64,000 nt of DNA from an uncultured Candidatus Saccharibacteria bacterium (lineage in GTDB: Bacteria; Patescibacteriota; Minisyncoccia; Phycocordibacterales; UBA9973), in NCBI GenBank assembly GCA_964625065.1, contig CAZUZL010000004.1, positions 11,040 through 75,039 of the forward strand, read 5' to 3'. This document shows, piece after piece, positions 61,441-64,000 of this stretch. Under the pieces are notes generated by a model. It did no database searches and was not told the origin of the DNA. It saw only the letters and a list, made by a program, of their open reading frames with translations. How positions within the stretch are numbered: position 1 is the stretch's first letter; each line of letters starts with the position of its first letter. The position numbers and the translations under genes were made by a program.

Positions 61441-62217
61441 TTATTTTACTGTAAACACTGTTCGCACAGTAACCATAATGTTTTTGTCTATAGACGAAGT
61501 GTCGTATGTACCATAGTCAGAAATTTGTATCGAGTTTAGTGGCAACACTTGCACAACACCAGCTGAAGCAGAACGCAAGTTACCTATAGTTCCACCAGCA
61601 GACTGCGCTAATGTTGTTGCACGAGATTTCGCATCTTTAACGGCGTCGGCCAACATTGCTACGCGTTCTTCTGGAAGTTTAGAATAAAGGTAGTCTACAT
61701 TTCTTGTTATAAACATTACACCTTTGTTTAGTAGTGTCTGGTTGTTTTTAGCAAGGTCTGTAATTTTATTTATTTGTTCGTCACCCACACCATTAACAGT
61801 TACAGTTTGTGACACTGTGTATTCTTTCTCAGTATATTGTGGCGTGTCGTAGTTTTGCATTAGCTGTGGTATGCCTATAACAATAGATTCGTCTGGTATA
61901 CCTGAAGTTTTCAAATATGCTTTAACTTGCACCAGGTCAGATGCAACTTGGGCATAGCCGTCTTTAACTGCTGAAATTTTAACTACACGACTTATATCTG
62001 CATTCCATTTTATGGTATCAGACTTAACTTGTTTAGTAGTAGAACCAACAACTGTAATGTTATTAGAACTAAGGTTAGATGTGGCAATACGTGCACCGAG
62101 TACAAATGCGACAATAATACATATACCGGCAACTAGGGCTACGGGCAACAAGGGGCTTTTTAACATAGGATGTTCCATATATTTTTCAATTAGATTAGTA
62201 CATATATAGTATACCAC
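61441..62217 (-). CDS. SIMPL-domain (DUF541) family protein
   Basis: N-terminal TM helix or signal anchor, a length of about 250 aa, and a pattern consistent with the SIMPL / 26-kDa periplasmic immunogenic protein family. Confidence 0.45.
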   Translation of the reverse strand: MVYYICTNLIEKYMEHPMLKSPLLPVALVAGICIIVAFVLGARIATSNLSSNNITVVGSTTKQVKSDTIKWNADISRVVKISAVKDGYAQVASDLVQVKAYLKTSGIPDESIVIGIPQLMQNYDTPQYTEKEYTVSQTVTVNGVGDEQINKITDLAKNNQTLLNKGVMFITRNVDYLYSKLPEERVAMLADAVKDAKSRATTLAQSAGGTIGNLRSASAGVVQVLPLNSIQISDYGTYDTSSIDKNIMVTVRTVFTVK

Positions 62218-62309
62218 TAATCAGCAACCCCTGTGGAAAACCCAGGGGTTCAACAACTTTTTAAAATATAATATATTAATTAAATAAAGTGATATAATTA
62301 AATATACTT

Positions 62310-63023
62310 ATGACATATACTAAAGAATTTTTTGAATTTCAATTACAGTTTGCAGAACGTGTTGCATTAGTAAGTCAGAAAAATATAGAGGGCACTCTTC
62401 TTGAATATACTAATTTTTACAAAGCTTTTAATATACAGGATTGGGAATTTAACCCTGAAAACCCTATTTGGAAAAGTTTTATACAAAAATTTATATCAAC
62501 AGACAATAAACTTGATGCAATATATAATTATTACTTAGAAAATATAATTAACACCCCTGAAGTAAAATTATTCGGTTTTTTTAGTTATGATTTTGAAAAG
62601 GAAGAAAACTATATACAAATTCACTTTAAAGGAAATGGTCAACCTAATGCTCTATCAGTAGAAAATATTGAAAAAAGGAAAATGGAACTAAATACAATGT
62701 TTACAGAAATAAAAGAAAAACATCCAGACGTTGAAAAAGTATGTGGTTTTTCTTGGTTATATAATTTAGATTCTTATAAAAGGCTTTTCCCTACGGAATA
62801 TACATCTAATTTAAAAACAGTTCCTAATTACTTTAAAACTTTAGCAATATGGGGCCAGTTTGTTGATTACAAAGGTAATCTAAGAACTGAAAATGCAGAA
62901 ATGTTTAAAACATGCATAAAACAAAAAGAAAGTCTTGAAGGAATACTATTTTGTTTTCCATATTATATACTTGAACCAGAATCAGACATAAAATTCTTTT
63001 ACAAATTTTACAACGTAATCTAA
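62310..63023 (+). CDS. Hypothetical protein, AT-rich
   Basis: A 237-aa ORF followed by the hairpin at 63026-63048. Confidence 0.45.
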   Translation: MTYTKEFFEFQLQFAERVALVSQKNIEGTLLEYTNFYKAFNIQDWEFNPENPIWKSFIQKFISTDNKLDAIYNYYLENIINTPEVKLFGFFSYDFEKEENYIQIHFKGNGQPNALSVENIEKRKMELNTMFTEIKEKHPDVEKVCGFSWLYNLDSYKRLFPTEYTSNLKTVPNYFKTLAIWGQFVDYKGNLRTENAEMFKTCIKQKESLEGILFCFPYYILEPESDIKFFYKFYNVI

Positions 63024-63059
63024 TACATCAGGGAGTGAGTCCCTGATGTATCCACAGGT

Positions 63060-63308
63060 TTAAAGTGCTTGTTTTATCAGATTTAATTTTTCTGTTCTTG
63101 ATAACCTTTTTAACTCGCCTTCGCGTTTACGTACTTCTACATAGGTTTGTAATTCTTCTGAATACACCAACACCACCGGTCGGCGTATTTTGGTATAGTG
63201 TGCCCCACTTTTTAGATTGTTGTGTTCGTGCAGGCGTTTTTCAAGTTTGTTAGTACTGCCCACATACAACGTTTCGTCAGCGCATTTTAGTATATAGACA
63301 AAATACAT
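63060..63308 (-). CDS. GIY-YIG nuclease superfamily protein (UPF0213/YhbQ-like)
   Basis: YFVYILKCADETLYVGSTNKLEKRLHEHN is a canonical GIY-YIG motif. Length is 82 aa. Confidence 0.75.
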   Translation of the reverse strand: MYFVYILKCADETLYVGSTNKLEKRLHEHNNLKSGAHYTKIRRPVVLVYSEELQTYVEVRKREGELKRLSRTEKLNLIKQAL

Positions 63309-63324
63309 AATTGAAATATATATC

Positions 63325-64000
63325 TTAATTATAGTATTTTACTTTTTCTATTGATCTATCTTCGTGGATAATTCTATTATTACTAAAAAAACCAATTGCT
63401 TTTGACAGTTGTTTATATTTTTCTTCTAGTACTATTTGTTTTTCATTAGAGATATTTGTTTCTCTATTTAAAACTTCTAATTTCTTAAAAATATCTCCTA
63501 GGGCTGCTTTTGCTGGTTTACGAACAGGGTGGTTCATTGCGTCTTCCAGAGTTGTTTCAATAATTGAATTCAAAACATCCAAAGAATAATTTTGTTCAAA
63601 AGAATCCATAATTGATTCTAATTCTGCAACTTCAATTCCTGATTCTCTTAAATTTTCAGTGTTCTCAATATTTTTCTGCAAACCTCGCATCATTTCTTCC
63701 TCAGCCAAAATTGCCGGCTTAACTTGGTTGAAATTTTCACCTGTAAGTTCATTTTGAAGATTATTTCTTTGATCTTGATCTTCTTTATATTGTTCTAGTA
63801 ATTCGTCTTTTTTATCAGTATTTTCTATATTTTTTTGCTCATCGACATTTTTCTTAGACTCATTGTTTTCAATTGAAACTTCTATGCGTTCCCCTTTTGT
63901 ATTGTTTTCTGGGTTTATTTTAAACCAAGATTTTAATTCTTCATCATATACTGCAGCATTAAACCCATAGTATGGAATACCGTCTTCATCATATTCAGAT
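63325..64000 (-). CDS. Hypothetical acidic protein, 5' part lies beyond the window end
   Basis: On the minus strand the reading frame stays open past the listed TTG at 63708, up to nt 64000 (...SEYDEDGIPYYGFNAAVYDEELKSWFKINPENNTKGE...). The ORF-track entry 63325-63708 is therefore an internal fragment. Confidence 0.5.
   Translation of the reverse strand, partial: SEYDEDGIPYYGFNAAVYDEELKSWFKINPENNTKGERIEVSIENNESKKNVDEQKNIENTDKKDELLEQYKEDQDQRNNLQNELTGENFNQVKPAILAEEEMMRGLQKNIENTENLRESGIEVAELESIMDSFEQNYSLDVLNSIIETTLEDAMNHPVRKPAKAALGDIFKKLEVLNRETNISNEKQIVLEEKYKQLSKAIGFFSNNRIIHEDRSIEKVKYYN

Overview
This 64-kb window is a gene-dense chromosomal segment from a small-genome bacterium with about 40% GC. 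Reduced enzymes, giant repeat-rich surface proteins and short operons make it look like Patescibacteria/CPR, but no tool confirmed this, and a T9SS-type C-terminal sorting domain in one protein argues for caution. Translation uses the standard code; UGA reads as stop.

Core housekeeping genes dominate. The window holds ftsA (3' part) and ftsZ, then trxB, a glycolytic block (glycerate kinase, enolase, a minimal pyruvate kinase, L-lactate dehydrogenase), tsaD, valS, an Hsp20 gene and lepA. It also holds murJ, leuS, ychF, hisS, lysS, greA, two class-B PBP genes, and an mraZ-rsmH-ftsL-ftsI division cluster. I identified four tRNAs from their cloverleaf structure: Glu-UUC, Val-GAC, Phe-GAA and Arg-CCU.

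The accessory content is as follows. There is a tandem pair of 2H-phosphoesterase (LigT-like) genes, one of which has lost both catalytic histidines. A PemK/MazF-like toxin sits alone beside tRNA-Glu, next to a small AT-rich islet carrying an HExxH protein. A 1754-aa secreted beta-propeller protein carries a poly-Thr linker and a peptidoglycan-binding domain, and a second propeller protein lies next to it. Another block contains a MIO-type ammonia-lyase, a GNAT acetyltransferase with a zinc-ribbon insert, and an AstE/AspA-family deacylase. Three paralogous secreted 'MKNFKQ' proteins flank a protein with a T9SS-like C-terminal domain.

At the DNA level I found a dispersed family of short GC-rich palindromic elements. 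Two copies are inserted in-frame inside tsaD and leuS, in the manner of Rickettsia palindromic elements. A recurrent promoter module (ACTACGGGGTATAAT, or GTGTGGGGGTATACT) places the -10 box about 6 nt before the ATG, which implies leaderless mRNAs. A perfect 48-bp palindrome overlaps the leuS promoter. Several terminator hairpins recur at more than one locus, and a small gene cassette is flanked by direct repeats.
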